Part shown: positions 1-14,147 of the stretch, one piece after another
Position numbering within the stretch: position 1 is the stretch's first letter
Layout of the letters: each line of letters starts with the position of its first letter
NCBI RefSeq assembly: GCF_018977255.1
Contig: NW_024704743.1
Location: forward strand, 39,062,001-39,126,000
Source: Callorhinchus milii
Lineage: Eukaryota
Length of the DNA: 64,000 nucleotides
Direction: 5' to 3'
Position numbers and translations under genes: made by a program
The notes under the pieces: model-generated
Database searches by the model: none
Told to the model about the DNA's origin: nothing
What the model saw: the letters and a program-made list of their open reading frames with translations, nothing else

Positions 1-797
1 AAGTTAATCTTCATCTAAATAACTAGAATTCAAAAGGAAACATATTTTTACAACGGATCAAATGAATGAGTATTTCTTAAATAAGGTCCCCCTCCCAAAA
101 ATGTCTCTTTTCAAATAGATTTATGGGGTCTTTAAATGTTCACCTGAAAATCGATGGGACCTTGGTTTATCATCTCATTCGAAGCGCTGCACTGTCAAGC
201 TAGACTACAAGTTCAAAGTCCTGATGTGGCATTTAAACCCCCAACTTCTGCCACGGAGAAGGAAGGCTGGCACAGCGAAGTAGCAGAATGAAACTTAAGT
301 GCAAAGTGGAAAGAGTATACATTATACTCCAGAGCCGATACCGAGGAAGGATTTGAAGGTACTCCTCCAATATAGGGGTTCTGATGACCTTTTTAAATCG
401 CTTCTAGCTTTGCTTTCACGCTATTATAGTGTCACCTAAGCATCCTCATTAGAAAATGACTCATTTGTGAAAATGATCGCTGTACCATAAATGCATTATT
501 TTCTCTTATGCACAGCAGCATGACTCTCCACAGAAAAGAAAAGCTCTTGGGATGACATTATAGTAATTGAAAGCTCACATTATCGAATGGAATACATTTA
601 TATTTCATAAATGTTCTACTAAGAGTATAGCTGTCACAAAGGCCTTCTGCTTCTACACTACATCAGAGAGATGCATTTTTCACAATACTCATAAATTCAC
701 AAAATTGTTCTGCACAGTAAACCCTTTACCCTCAGGGGAACTATTTAAATAGGAATGGCATCAAAAGATGATCTCATCAATTATTGAAACACTTTAC

Positions 798-985
798 CTG
801 ATAAGAACACATTGATTGTCGTGGCGTTTCCATAGGCAGCGATAACACTCATTAGCAATGGCAAAGATGTGAGGAGATATTTCACCCAGGTGGTACTTGC
901 TGTACTGTTCCATAGCGACTTTATCATAGAGTCCTCGAATGGGCTTGTAAGGATTCACCGATGCTAGAATGGAACCTATGTAGGT
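798..985 (-). CDS. MYO10: Myosin-X family coding exon (exon 4 equivalent): TYIGSILASVNPYKPIRGLYDKVAMEQYSKYHLGEISPHIFAIANECYRCLWKRHDNQCVLI(S)
   Basis: Inside ORF 794..1045. Acceptor cctttacag| and donor |gtaaag; 188 nt, phase 0/2. It ends just before the P-loop SGESGAGKT. PHIFAIANECYRCLWKRHDNQC is characteristic of myosin-X. Confidence 0.96.
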
Positions 986-1479
986 CTGTAAAGGAATTAA
1001 AAAAAATGGATTAGTTGGTTGCCTCGCAGTTATTTCTGTCTGCACCTAACTTTAAGCTGACATGTCACAATCAAAGTATCTTTAAATATTGTAAATTATA
1101 TTGTGGCTTGGGGAGGAGCTGAGCAGGATCTCCATGGAGCTGAGCTGTCTTTAAAGTGATTTGCCTGACGATGGAATGCCAAAATAGAATCAACCCTCTG
1201 TAATGATTTTAGTAGTCCAGTTCCTGAGCCAGGCAGGTCCACAGTACTCCAGGGCAATGCTAATGCCCGCTCAGCCAGCCTGGCTCATTCACAGCACTTG
1301 AAGGGGCAGGAATTCTTCCCACTCGGCTCACGTTAACCTGCTCAGGCCAAACCCTCATGAATAGGATGGTCTTTGCTGGACATTCAGTGGGAAGCTTGCC
1401 AGGGAGTGCTCTCAACAGCAATCCATGCATTTTGTGAACTACAACAATACTCCATCACACACATCCTTGGGTCCCCAAG

Positions 1480-1941
1480 CCTCGACCCTATCACCCTACC
1501 CTCGCCCGGCTCCACTGGCTCCCCATCCCCCAGAGGATAGAGTTCAAAATCCTCGTCCTTCAAGACCCTTCACGATTGCTTCTTCCTACCTCGGTGACCT
1601 GCTAACCCCATATCAACCTATCCGCTTCCTCTGCTAAGCAGACTCTGGCATGCTCCACGTCCCCTGCCTGGCCTGCTACACCATCAGCGGTCGGGCCTTC
1701 AGCCTCTCTGCCCCCATCCTTTGGGTCTACAATCCCATAGTTCCTTCACTTGCTCCGTCCCTTGCCTCTTAAGACCCTCCTCTTCGACTGCACCTTCGAC
1801 CACTCTCCTACTGCTATCCTCCTTGCCCTCCACCCCTCCTGATCCCAACCCCCTGCTCTGGTCTAAATCCCTGACTGTCCAGTGCCTTGGTACGTCTTCC
1901 TGATGTGAAAGCGCTATACAAATGTCATTTGTTGTTGTTGT
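1480..1941 (+). mobile_element. 5'-truncated L2 fragment, frameshifted
   Basis: ctccactggctccccatcccccagaggatagagttcaaaatcctc (LHWLPIPQRIEFKIL) running to the tail ttgttgttgttg. Confidence 0.88.
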
Positions 1942-2092
1942 TGACTCTTATCAAATTGCCCTCTAATATTCCATGGAATGACGTAAGCAGGTTGCATCCC
2001 TCTTTGGAGAAAGTGTGCACTCCATTCCAGACACAGGGAAATTTCCAATGTGCTGGTAGCATACATATGTGGAACTTGGTAGTCTGGTTTGG

Positions 2093-2337
2093 ATAATAAT
2101 AATAATAATAATCCTTGCATTTGATATAGCGCTTTTCACGTCGGGAGGATGTCCCAAAGCGCTTCACAGAACACACTGTAAAGTGAATTGTCTGTATATT
2201 TGTGGACGAACGCGGCAGCCAATTGCGCACAGCAATGTCCCACAAACAGTCGTAGATTGAAAATGACCAATTTAATTATTGTTTTTGGTTTTTTGGAGGG
2301 ATTATTATTAGGCGTGTGGAGTAAGGAAACTTGCCCA
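2093..2337 (-). mobile_element. 5'-truncated young SINE copy
   Basis: Body and tail are near-identical to 37621-37942; the tRNA head is missing. Confidence 0.9.
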
Positions 2338-4344
2338 TTACTCTTAGTCATGATGATGAGCTTCTGCATGTGTCAGACACTGGGCCTGACCAAAAACAAT
2401 TCTGGCTGCAATGCACAGAGTAATAGGAATTTCTACACAGACAGCTTCTTGGGTACGGCAATAGGAATCACCTTTGGAATCCATAAATGTATTCTTTTAA
2501 ATTAAATTCTTGCTCAGTTTGAACAACTACAGTGAAGGTGCAATATCCAGTCAAAATCACAAAGGAGGAAATCGGAGCATTACAAAGAGGAAGAAAATAA
2601 CAACTAATTGCAAGTAATGTACATTGAACATTGCAGGTAGTGCAGGTTTATTCTTTGCAACTAGTATTTTCATTAGATCAAACTAGCACACATAGCCCAC
2701 TGCAGGGGAGGTGTAAATCGAGTAGATACAAGTAAATAAAACATTGAGACAGACTAAAAGTGCCTAAATCATGGCAGCCGTAAAACTGACTGAAATGAGT
2801 TGTCCTCGAATAACCACCTTCAACTAAAAGCAATATGTTCAGCTCAAAACTACAGCTTGCCCAGACTATTGACACAACAGAAGAGCTTTAAAATTAATGA
2901 TCACCATCAACCCCGTCATCCGCGTGATATCCAACTTTCATATGAAAGTTAAAACCAAGTCATTGGAAAATGACACAGGAAAGGCCTATTCCTCCCCATT
3001 CCCCCCTTCCGTATATGAGGGGATTAAATGGTCAACATCAGAGAGAGAAGTGTAGTTAGAATGTTTACGCTGGGCATAAGGCAGAATGCGGGAGTGGATT
3101 TGATGAGTCGGTGGTGTGCTCTTCCCTTTCTATGTATCTATAATGCGTGAAGCAGAAAGTTGTGAATATGTTGATGGTACAGTGGTGACAATGTCTGACT
3201 GACTACTCTTAAATTATAAGCTTTCAGTCATATTCTAATCCGTGTTCACAAGGTTCAACCTCTTCACACACCAGCACTGAGTGCAACAATTGCACCAGTT
3301 TGCAGCAGTTGTTGAGATGATTTGTGAAAATCCTCTTGGTAGCCCAGTAGCTAAATATCATCTTTGGAAGAAATTACATTTATTCTGCATGCTTTAAATT
3401 AATGTGAATAAGAAAGGCCAATCAAGCAGGCATCTGATGTACATCTTCAAAGCTGGTTCCTTAATCCAAGTATTGAAACAGACCACCATCAAATCACAGA
3501 ATACTTTCATCTTCTACTATCGCTCAAACAGGAATTTTAGTGCAGTCATTTTCCATTAGCAAGCATTTATTTTAGATCCTATCATTTTTAAAGCAGATGT
3601 GACATGGAAACCGATGAAAGATTAAGTTACAAATTACCGAAGTGAACAGGACACACAGGTGGTAACAAACAGTTCAATCGAAGGCACCCAATTCCAGTAT
3701 CCGATTTACAGTACAAAGCTGCATGGATTCACATTCCTACCTCTAAAATAATTTATGCAGTTTTACCGGCAAAGTGGTGAAATCGGTAGCGAAAAATCAT
3801 AGTCCCAACCCAACAGTTCCCACAGTGCAGCAATTACACTAGCACTTAATCGCAAGTGGGCTGAAATTTCAGTCACCATTCATGTAGTGCCTTTGGCAAT
3901 GTTGACAGCTGATGGGATTTACCCATTATAATAACACATCATCAAGGACCCTGCACACAATGTTACTGCTTTCATAATTTTTTTTGAAAATGGGCATAGA
4001 AACGCTGCAAAATGTTTGTACATGTAAATTGCACTGCGGCATTGGTTCCACAGTAAGGGAAGAGGCATCCTAATTGCAAATAAACCGCTAATTGCTAATA
4101 AAACTCTTCTACTGGTGGCTAGGGAACGGTGGGTGTATACATGTGCATGTGTGTGTGTGTTTCTAGACATTTTTATTGTACCCTGTAATTAGAAAACTAA
4201 AAAACAACAAACAATAAATAGTGACTAACAGGAGTGTATGGAACAAAGGACACTCCAGGCACCAAGTCCTGGAACAAACATAAACAATTATTGTGTAATT
4301 CTTTATAGTTTGGTCCGCACTGCCCTGCTGACAATAGCTAGGGT

Positions 4345-4557
4345 ATTAATCCCTTCCAAAAAATAAATAATTTGGTCACTCAATCCACAACTGTTTGTGG
4401 GGACACTATTGTGCGCAATTGGCTGCCGCGTTTCACCCACAAAACATATAGTCAATTCACTTTACAGTATATTCTGTGAAGCGCTTTGAGATGTCTCAAT
4501 GGCATGATAAGGCACTATATCAAATGCAACGATTATTATTATTATTATTATTATTAT
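4345..4557 (+). mobile_element. 3' half of an older SINE with a long (ATT)n tail
   Basis: Body motif ctgtttgtggggacactattgtgcgcaattggctgccgcg and the family tail. Confidence 0.82.
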
Positions 4558-5625
4558 ACGCATTTGCCTTGTTGTGCCTAGTGCTGTTACTGGTGAAAAC
4601 GGAATGAAGATCCACCTCAGAAGATGGTGGGATGCCTATCAATTATCAACCACACAACACTGTTCATATTGCAACACTGCTCCCGAAGACAAAGCCTCCA
4701 TCAGTCACAGTGTTGTGAACAAAACTCAGCATTAACCAGCCTGAAAACCCTGTGAAATGGAGAAAAGATTTGTTTCATTGACATTTCAAAGTTTGAATCT
4801 GTTTGACAAGCAGAAGTTGTACAGTCACTTCCTCAAGTTAGATATGTCTTTATGCTTTATGCTGGAAGGGATTTTCATGCTGTAATTATGTATTTTTGTA
4901 CAAACGATATGCCTGTTGTTCTGAAATATTGTTTCGAATGGACCCATCAACTGCACAGCATGTCCTCAGATGCACCAATCACTTGAAGTGTGCTTTGCTC
5001 CATACACTCATTCGCTTTTTATACCGAAATTTTTATGAGTGATGGGAAATGACACTGGTTCTGAAACTATTCCAAAACTGCAGCAAATTGCCCTGCCTGA
5101 AAATGATTGAAATCCAATCCAAGCAAATTACTTCTCCCATAGTAAAACCCCACCTTCCCCTCAGATTAGTTTGGGACCGTGTTTCCTGTAGGCTAATATA
5201 AATGTCTGATGTGAAGCTTTGAAGGAATTAAATCTCAATATCACTGTCAGTGCACGCATCAGGTGGGTAACTTAATGCTTTCTGAAGCACCGATGGATTT
5301 GGGGCCCCTCAAGCTCTAAAGCTGCAGGTATTTAGATGGGATCATCAGCGTTCAAACTGAATGAAACATGAAGAGATATGAATATATGTTACTATGTAGA
5401 AATTGTTAGTCCTATTAATTGTTAAAGATTTGCATAAGGGGGAAAACACAGAGGGCAGAGCATTTACCTTTGCAGCCTCTGCCAAGTCTCAGACATGACT
5501 AACTTGTTGACACGGTCCCAATCACTCCCCACAACACACACAATTCCTCTTAGAGTCACTTCCATTGACAAAGGGGCACATTTTCCATGGGTCGTGGTAT
5601 TGCATAGCCATTCATGGACAGGACT

Positions 5626-6001
5626 GAATATTTGTAAATCCAGTATGAATCCAAGCTTGGCATACATCGTGTTTTTTGATGCTTAAGTCTTAAATATATA
5701 TATACATCCTCCTTCCTGAAGGAATTAAGCAGGCAGAGTCTCTTTGGAACTGAACTGGCTTTGAGAAAATAATAATAATCCTTGCATTTGACATAGTGCC
5801 TTATCACATCTTTGAAATGTCTCAAAGTGCTTCACACTACTGTAAAATGTTGTGACTATGTATTTTGTGGGTGAAATACGCCTGTCAAAGCCTGGCAGGT
5901 CTGCAGTGTTGAAAGGCAGAAGGCAGGCTTAGAGGTGCAGACGTGTCCTGTAAGCCTCGATGTATGCCAAGCTTGGATTCATACTGGATTTACAAATATT
6001 C
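5626..6001. repeat. Perfect 44-bp inverted repeat with a 288-bp spacer
   Basis: 5626-5669 is the exact reverse complement of 5958-6001. Confidence 0.95.
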
Positions 6002-7409
6002 GATGGGCAGGGAGTGTCCTTTGATAACCACACAAACACTACTTGCAAAGCCAGGATCACCTCAGTAGTTTTACCAGCTGAGCTAAGCCGGGGGTTGGGG
6101 GATGGTGTTATGTACAAGCATGAATGCAACTCGTGATGTAGAAACACCCAGAAAGGTTTGGAGAGTACATGATGTGAGCATCCTCATATTGCAGATGTTG
6201 TCTGAGATCTTCCTTTCTTCAGGATCCTTCAGTGGGACTTAAAATGATGATCTCAGCCCCCAACCCACCCCCCATCTGAACAATCTTGCAATAGGGCTGG
6301 GGAGAGTATACGGTCCATGTTCGTTCACCAGATTGGCACTAAATATGATTCCACTGCTGCAGGAAGAAATGTAAAAGGCCATTCTAATGGGTAGAATCCA
6401 ATAAACAAATTGCTCACATCTTTAAAATTCAAAGATGAGGACATTGCTGCCTGAACAGCAAAAGCAATCCATTATTAGTCACAGACTGTTCAGGCCAACT
6501 AGTCGTTAAATATTGGATGCAAAGCCTTGCAAATGCATTACCTTGTGGTAATTATCACATCATAAACCACAAATCTCCCACCCCCACCCCCGCCCCGCTG
6601 TGTCAGCATGAGCTTGACGTGCTCACATCACGTACCATAGGATTCCTGTCATGAACTCAACTGGATGCAGAAGTGTTGTCAAACGCTTTACTACACCAAA
6701 TTGTCCTGGAAAAGATCCCAACTCCATCAGTAAAAGGGTTTTTCTACTGAAAGCCATTCATCTTTCTCAGAGTTACTAAGCTTATGCAAGTTTTCATGTG
6801 CATGCATTGGACAGTAAATCTTGTCAGGCCATTTGACTGGGGATCAAGAGGTATCACAGCCGAGCCTGAACTGGCTCCCACTGACATCCATGCAGCAGGA
6901 TTCAGGGATAATTATCAGGAGCAGAAACCATGGGCAATGTTTCCCTTCATAACCCAGGGGCGTTGAAGTCAAATGTAGAGCCAAAACTCCTGTCTGACTA
7001 ATATCAGCAAACTCAACACAGACCTGGGGATTGAACCTGGAAACCTTCTAATTCTGCACGGCTCAGTTTCACACTGGGCAGTCGCTGTGGCAAATGAGCC
7101 ATGGCATTGGGCTTGATGTGTACACACACGACTGCAACACCTGACACTTGGAGATACCCAGAATGTCAAGTGTGTAGCTGATGAAGGTGAAACAGCGTTG
7201 TTTAATGCTTTTTCCAGCCAGCATGTATAACAATAATATTAGCGGAGAATTTTATGCTGGCTTAGACTCAACACCTCTGGGAGAGATAAATGTCTCGCTG
7301 CAATGCTGAATTCCTAGTGCTGCTGGAGTTGTGATATTTCCAATTTGTTACAATTAAGGTTTTCAGCTCTGCTGATGCCAATGGTTCCTTATTTGCTTGG
7401 GTGCTGTTT

Positions 7410-7575
7410 GTACTCTCCTGCCCCACCCTCTGGAATTCCGTCCTGCAGTCCCTCCGCCTCGCCCCTCCCTTGCCCCATTCAAGACCCGTCTCAAGACCTT
7501 CTTCTTTGACCGTGCCTTCGGTCACCCTCCTTCCCCCCCTGCCCACCCCACCTCTTCGATCCCAACCCCAGCTCT
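7410..7575 (+). mobile_element. Internal L2 3' fragment
   Basis: Encodes PTLWNS..QSLRLA and FKTRLKTFFFDRAFG in shifted frames. Confidence 0.82.
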
Positions 7576-10500
7576 TCCATATTTTCCCCACTCAATTTGT
7601 ATTGTTGTCCTTAAGAATAAAGGCAGGAAAAGCACAATGTCTCTTAGAACCCGCTTGTCCAACTTTAAAAATGCATTTTATTTTGTTCCTGACATACCTA
7701 AATGTAGTGTTTAAAAATAGAAACTTTGCAAAAAAAACAATCTAAAAGTGTCATTAACATGATTAAGGAAAATTGGCTCTAAAGGAGGAGACCTAAGTAT
7801 GAAATGACATAGAAATTGAGATATAGGTATTTTGTATTGCTGTAGAGACCGAGTTTGCCAGTGGAATACATCAGCACATTTTCCACTGAACTGAACTTCC
7901 CTTTGCTCTAAACTAGGCCTGCTCTTCGGCCATTGCTTTTAGGTTTCATTGCTGCCAATTTAAAAATCGTTAATTCAGATAATTTATTGTGACAGCACAT
8001 CACATTTTATGCAGGTTTGACTTGTGTTTACCACTGTAAAATGGACCACTTTTCTCCTACAGTTCAGCTGTCTCGCCTAGTTTAGTGTTCGAGAACTGCC
8101 ACTGATGGACCGACTCAAACTTTTCTTTATTCCACGCTTCATTAAAAAACACTGAAATGGAATGGAATTTAAATGCTTAATCTTCTCCATGGGGATTCCA
8201 CCAGTTGACTTCCAGCGAGATCTCTGCACATGTTGATCCTGCTTTCACTATCATCCAAGTATCTTATTCCCAAGAAAGTGGCAGTGTCACTTCAGAGAAC
8301 CAAGAAAATATCACATTGCTTCCACCACTAGGCATGAATGATGTCCTTGAAAACAGTAACAAAAACTTTACAAGCTTTTGGAACCTCTTGTTCAGGCTGT
8401 ATGAAAAAGATTTTAAAACATGGTAAAGAAGTAGGCTGTTTTTTTGACGTCGTAAATAAAACATAGAATCTTTTTTGGTTATTGCAGCTGTTGTACAATG
8501 TCATGTACAAAAAAAAACTTTGCCAGGACCTCCTTTCCTCCAACAACACGATTCTCATGAGCTTCAAAATTGTATTAAAATTCTGAAAAAAATAAAATCT
8601 AATCTTAACATTTTCCAGAAATGCTACTGTGAACAGCTGATGTTGAAACCGTGGTTGGATACTGATACAAGGGGTTGCACAATTCAAAAGTGTGCTTGGT
8701 CTATTAGGAAGCGTGCAGATGGTGGTAATCAGTTCCAGGCAGGAAGGCTATGAACTCGGCTCTACAGAATGTCATTCCCTTCCTCTCCCCTACTGAGTGA
8801 TTCTGAATTTTGACTGGTTGCCAAATGCATTCCATGCTCCCGACCTTTTCTCCAATAGAGTGGTCGGCCCTCTTGATAGCCCTTCTGTAATGACAGACAA
8901 TCTACTGCTGAACACTTGCTATTTCAAAACATACAGCTCCCTTGGGGTTAGAAAATTGGACAGATTCAGAGGCTGAGGCCAAGCTTAAACCATAAAAAAA
9001 TTAAATTTAACGAATGTTGTTGAAACTTCTGGGTTTCTCAAAGCTCAACTGGATTGGATTTACGAATTTGAGCTTCTTTGAACTGGATGATAAACATGTT
9101 GCTAAAACTAATAGGTGGCGAATAGATTTATTCCTCCTTATATCCAAAATGACCAAACAAAACAGCTGTATTTGCTCAACTAAAGATTTCATTAAATATT
9201 TCCTGAGATCTTTGTCAGAAAAGGAATATCCTTGAGTGACAATAGCAAAACATTTTTTTTGCCACTTCTACATAATGAGCAATAGTTAAAGTTCCGATGT
9301 TAGCATCTGAACTGTAAAAATACTTTTCTTTAAAGGTGTACTGCCTTTTTGAAGTACACTGACAATTCGTTTTCAGCTTGTTTGTTTGCCAATACATGAC
9401 TTGAAAGTATGAGTCTCACTGAAATGAAATTGCGACTTCTGTTTTGCAAGTCTCAAATTACAAAACTAATAAACAGTGAGCTTTGAATCCCAAACTGACA
9501 ATGTCTGTAACAAAGCTGTCAGTCAAGAACATTTTCCCCACTTGTCAGCCATTCTTGGATCTTGCTGACTTGGATTTACAATTGATTTAATTTAATATTT
9601 AAAAAAAAACACATCAATCAATTCACAATTCACTGTTTGTGAAAGTCAAAATCGTAAATTTGCAAACCATAAATTGAAATTAGTGCATCAAATCCCGTTT
9701 GAAAATATTGCATTTTAGACTTTACAGTGATGCATTTTAATCTTCACAACATGTTTGCGATCAATGATTAAAATGTGCTACCCAATAAACATTGTGTTAT
9801 TGCAGAATATGCCTGAATTTACTAGCTTTGGGATCTTATAGTGCCTCATCTGTAGGTAATTTCCAAAACAGTATTTCAATAAATTAGATTAATAATTCCA
9901 TTAAAAGCTGATAAACACCTTTCATTGAATTTTAAATATAACAGCAATAAATCACAAGCTGGTTCCTTGAATTTTAGAGTTACCTGTCAGTGCAGTGAGA
10001 AGAAAAATATAGAAGACTGATCAAAAGTGAGATGCTTCAACAGATGGCGAAGAGACTCTTGCCAAATAAAGAGCAAGATAAAAGCAGCTAATGAACCCAT
10101 CTACTTTAAATGTAGGCTGCCAATAAAAAGACTGGGAGATGTAAAGTTGTGCCACTTCAAAGCAGCATTTCTAGCCATTAACACAGCTAGCCATGGCATG
10201 TGCCAAGCAAAACATGCAGTCACAAAGCTAGGATTGGATTAATCCCTTCATTAGGTTAAAGAGTTGTTTTGTTTTACAAGGAGATCACGTGAAGCAACAA
10301 TCTTGCATTCTGGAAATATAACACATCAGGAAAGTAGAGCAAGAATGCATATTGAGGGAGCCTGTACAGCAGCAGGATGCATCCACAAAATGCATAACAT
10401 TTGTCCGCAAAACACATAAGAATTATGTTTCACAGTAAAATCCAGTGAAGTGCGTTAAGATGTCCTTCTGGCATGAAAGGCACTATATCAATTGCAAGCA

Positions 10501-10992
10501 TTATCTTATTATTATCTCTGTATTGGAGTGCATGGCTCAGATTTTATAAATAGTTATTGATTCTGGGTAATGGAAAGGGGAAAATTATCTGCACTAAACA
10601 ATAAAGAGGGATAAATGTTACTCATATTGTGGTGATTTATCTTTGCTGATGTTTATCATCACAATATGAAAAGTGTATCCATTATGTATCATTAATTAAA
10701 TACGGGTAATTTTCTTCCTCTTCACACCCACTTGCCACCCAATAACGATGAGCACTGTAAAAGGTATTCCCATTCCCTCAAAAATCTTGAACTCCAGGTA
10801 AATTTTGCATTCTTTCACAAACATACTCAGCGGCATTAAAATGTAAATACTGAACCATACAGTCTAAATGCTCTGACATTCTTTTCAAATATCAAGTGAT
10901 TTAAATGATATGCATTTTGCAATCTGAAAGATGTAACAGGAACTACAGAAACCATCAAAGGTTTGCGAGGAGAGGTACTTGCTTAAACTTAC

Positions 10993-11151
10993 ATAGATGT
11001 AGTCCTGTTTATAGCGTAAGTGTAAATTGTGCATGATGGCCCCTTCGTGCAGCTCTGCCAAAGTCGCCATATCCTCGACTCCCTTGATACTGGAGGGATG
11101 CATGGTCACCACTTTTTCCCTGGTCAGGGCGCTTTGTTTATATGTGAATAC
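10993..11151 (-). CDS. MYO10: Myosin-X family coding exon (exon 3 equivalent): VFTYKQSALTREKVVTMHPSSIKGVEDMATLAELHEGAIMHNLHLRYKQDYIY
   Basis: Inside ORF 10885..11217. Polypyrimidine acceptor tttttctttcttatacag| and donor |gtaagt; 159 nt, phase 0/0. Contains the start of the myosin motor domain (GVEDMATLAELHEGAIMHNL..RY). Confidence 0.95.
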
Positions 11152-13499
11152 CTGTATAAGAAAGAAAAACAAGAAATATATTAACCACATGAACACGATG
11201 TGTTCAAAAACTCTCAATGTTTCCTAGATACAAAATATTAATCCTTGCATTTTGAGTTGCATCTTTTCATGTCATCGAGACAGGATATGCTGCAAAATGG
11301 TGCCACAGTGTGTATTTTGTGGATGAAATTGGCAGCCAATTTGCACCCAGCAATATCCCACGCCAACCATGGAGTGAGCGAACAATTTTATTTGGGGTTA
11401 TCCGGTAGCGTTGTTTGCCTGTGAAATATTATTGCTGTGCAAGATTTTAACAAAAGCCATAAATCGATATGAATTACACAATTTATTTAAGACATCACAA
11501 ATCACCCATCGTCTCTGAGATATTTTACAAGTTAGCAACACAATTTGTTGTTCCACATTCTTGAACGCTGCATCTTTGTTATTGGAGTAGGAAGGATCCA
11601 AAACAGATGGGAGAATGATTACATAAATTTCAAGCGGTTTTACATGCAGTGAATAAAACAAAGAGGGACATACACAGAGATTGAAACAAAAAAAATCAGG
11701 TAAAGAATGAACCTCCCAGTTACTCTGTGAACCTCAACTTTCAATGGCATCAGTGGCAGTAAAAGTTCAACATGAAATTGACAGCAATAAACTGTAATTG
11801 GCAAATCTGACATCAGTTACTGACCTCTGATGATAGAGCTGCATTCTATTGGCTCATGAAGTACAGGAGAAACTGAAAGGACAGAGACAGTGCCCCTAAT
11901 ATGCGTAAACTAACTAAGGCTAAATTACATAGATTTGGAGCTTATTTAAAATCTGTTGGCTAATCTCAAAGTTCTCATGACATCTCGCACCTCACGGGGC
12001 TTAGATTTATCTTTCTAAGACCATGTTTTATACCTGCTAATTTATTAATCCTGAACTTGGGGCCTTGGTGTGGAAAGAAAAATACATGTACCTCTATGCA
12101 TTAGTGTGTTATGACTGCACAGAAAACTACGCTGAACTGTGCTGAACTGGCCATGTACAGTATACCATTACCAGCAAAATCTAGACAGTAGAATGGTTAC
12201 CCCCCTCAGTATCCCTTTCCTCCTCCTACAATCCATTTGAAAAAAAATACATTTGGTATCAACTAACCACGTCTCTTGATTTAGCTAGCTTCTCCTATTT
12301 CAACACGTGACCCTTGTTATTTGCCCCTCCACCTAACTTTCTCAAAAATAAAAAGCAAGCACAGCATAATAACTCCGACATGGCAAGACCAGACCAACAC
12401 CAAGTTTGCCAAGTCTGTTAGAGACTGTATCCCTTGAGGGTGTACAGAAATGCAATACACCAATCACTGAATGCATTCAAGGCAGCGGGAGCAGGACTAT
12501 TATAGGATGAGGCGGTTCAGGGGAATCCTTCAGGACAACCCTCTCCTCTGGGGTTTCTTCTCCTTTAATGGATTATAGAATTTTGAAATATATGACAACT
12601 GAAGAGGTGTACAACATCTGTGGCTGTCACTTGCAAACTTAAACAAAAAGGAATCAGCCTAACTCACTTGGTAGCTCAGTCCCCCTTGGCCCCCTTCCCT
12701 CTACTCCCAAATCCAACCCTCAGCTCGGGTGCAGACCCACAACTGTCCAGTGTCTTGGGACATCCTCCTGATGTCAAAGGCGGTACATAAATGCCATTTG
12801 TTGCTGTTGTAGCATTCTCGCCACTGAATCAGAAGGTTGGGATTATTCATGAAGCTCTTTGAGATATTTTAACTTGATAAGGTGCGATAGAATGAAGGTG
12901 CTTTCCTTCTTCCAGCAATCAGATTCAGAATTAGTTTTCTTTTGTAGAGCAGACAAAATCATTTCTGGTAAAAGATTGGATGATGCAGTCTATGGTGAAG
13001 AGCCAAGAAGAACAAAAGCCTGTCAATGTGTCACACTGTAGTTACATTTGCTGAATACTGTACAACTGTAATTTTATTTGCTGCATAATGTATTCTAAAG
13101 AATTTACCACTGTGCGCTAGAAAATAGACTTCACAGGGAAGAGAGGACTTCAAATGCATATAAAATCTTGTGCATTTGAAATGTGGTCAAACACCACATT
13201 AAAGGAGGAAGAAGAATTTTCTGATCCTTGACAGCAGAAACAACTAATTAACTGGTTAAACCAAAATCATGTTTTCAATTGTGTGGTTTCTACAAGCACA
13301 ATTAATATGCAGCACACCTGCATTGGAGTGTCATCTTAAACTATATGGTCCCAATGTGGAGACATGAAGAATATCAAAGTTATTGGAGAGGCTGGATAGG
13401 GAAGTTGTATCTCAAAGGTTGGAGGAGTGGAAAGGAGCTGTGGAAGCATTTCAAAGTAAAGTTGAGGATCTTAAAGATCAATCTGTTTGGAGATAGAAA

Positions 13500-13778
13500 T
13501 GCCCCACTAAACAGCCATGAAGTGAGTGACTAATTTTATTTTGGGATTGTGGGTCTAGACACCAGGAGAAACTCCCTTCTCTTTTTGAACAGTGCATGGG
13601 ATCTTTAACATCCACCTGAAGAGACAAATGAGGCTTCAGCTTAAAGTCTCATCTGAAGGATGGCATTTCTAACAATGCAGCACAACCCCAGCACTGCATT
13701 GGAGTGTCAGCCTAGAATATATGAGTTCAAAGTTCCCGACAAGGGGCTTGAAACCACAACTTTTTGACTCAAAGGTGA
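13500..13778 (-). mobile_element. Ancient Deu-domain SINE fragment
   Basis: Reverse complement of the same Deu motifs (gggatctttaacatccacctga..tctcatctgaaggatggca..caatgcagcac). Confidence 0.72.
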
Positions 13779-14147
13779 ATAATAATAATAAAATAATTCT
13801 TACATTTGATAGAGTGCCTTATCATGTTGTTGAGACATCTCAAAGCGCTTCATGGATTATACTGTAAAGTTAATTAATTGTATATTTTGTGGGTGAAACC
13901 TGGCAGCCAATTGTGCACAGCAGTGTCCCACGAACAGCCTTGGATTGAGTGACCAAATTATTATTATAATTTTTTTTGGAAGCAATTATTACCCCTGGAA
14001 AAGCGATCTGCCAATCGACTAAAAAACGGGTTCCTACTTACTGTTAGGTAAGGAAAATTGGCTAACCTTTCGCCTCACCCGGGAATCGAACTCGGGTGCT
14101 CTTGCTTGCGAAGCGAATACTCCAGCTAATACGTTACAGGACTCCAC
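13778..14147 (-). mobile_element. Older, longer SINE subfamily copy
   Basis: tRNA head, an extra internal segment (..cagtaagtaggaacccg..gattggcagatcgc..), body and tail. Confidence 0.82.

Larger units (their letters stand above)
986..10992 (-). other. Intron of the myosin-X gene (10,007 bp, GT-AG)
   Basis: The flanking exons join in frame (DYIY|TYIGS). Confidence 0.9.

Noticed and set aside
1887..2505. Cluster of overlapping ORFs (also at 25690, 28206, 37322 and 50153) with recurring KCKDYYYY / ARIIII peptides
   Set aside because: These are translations of the non-coding SINE tail.
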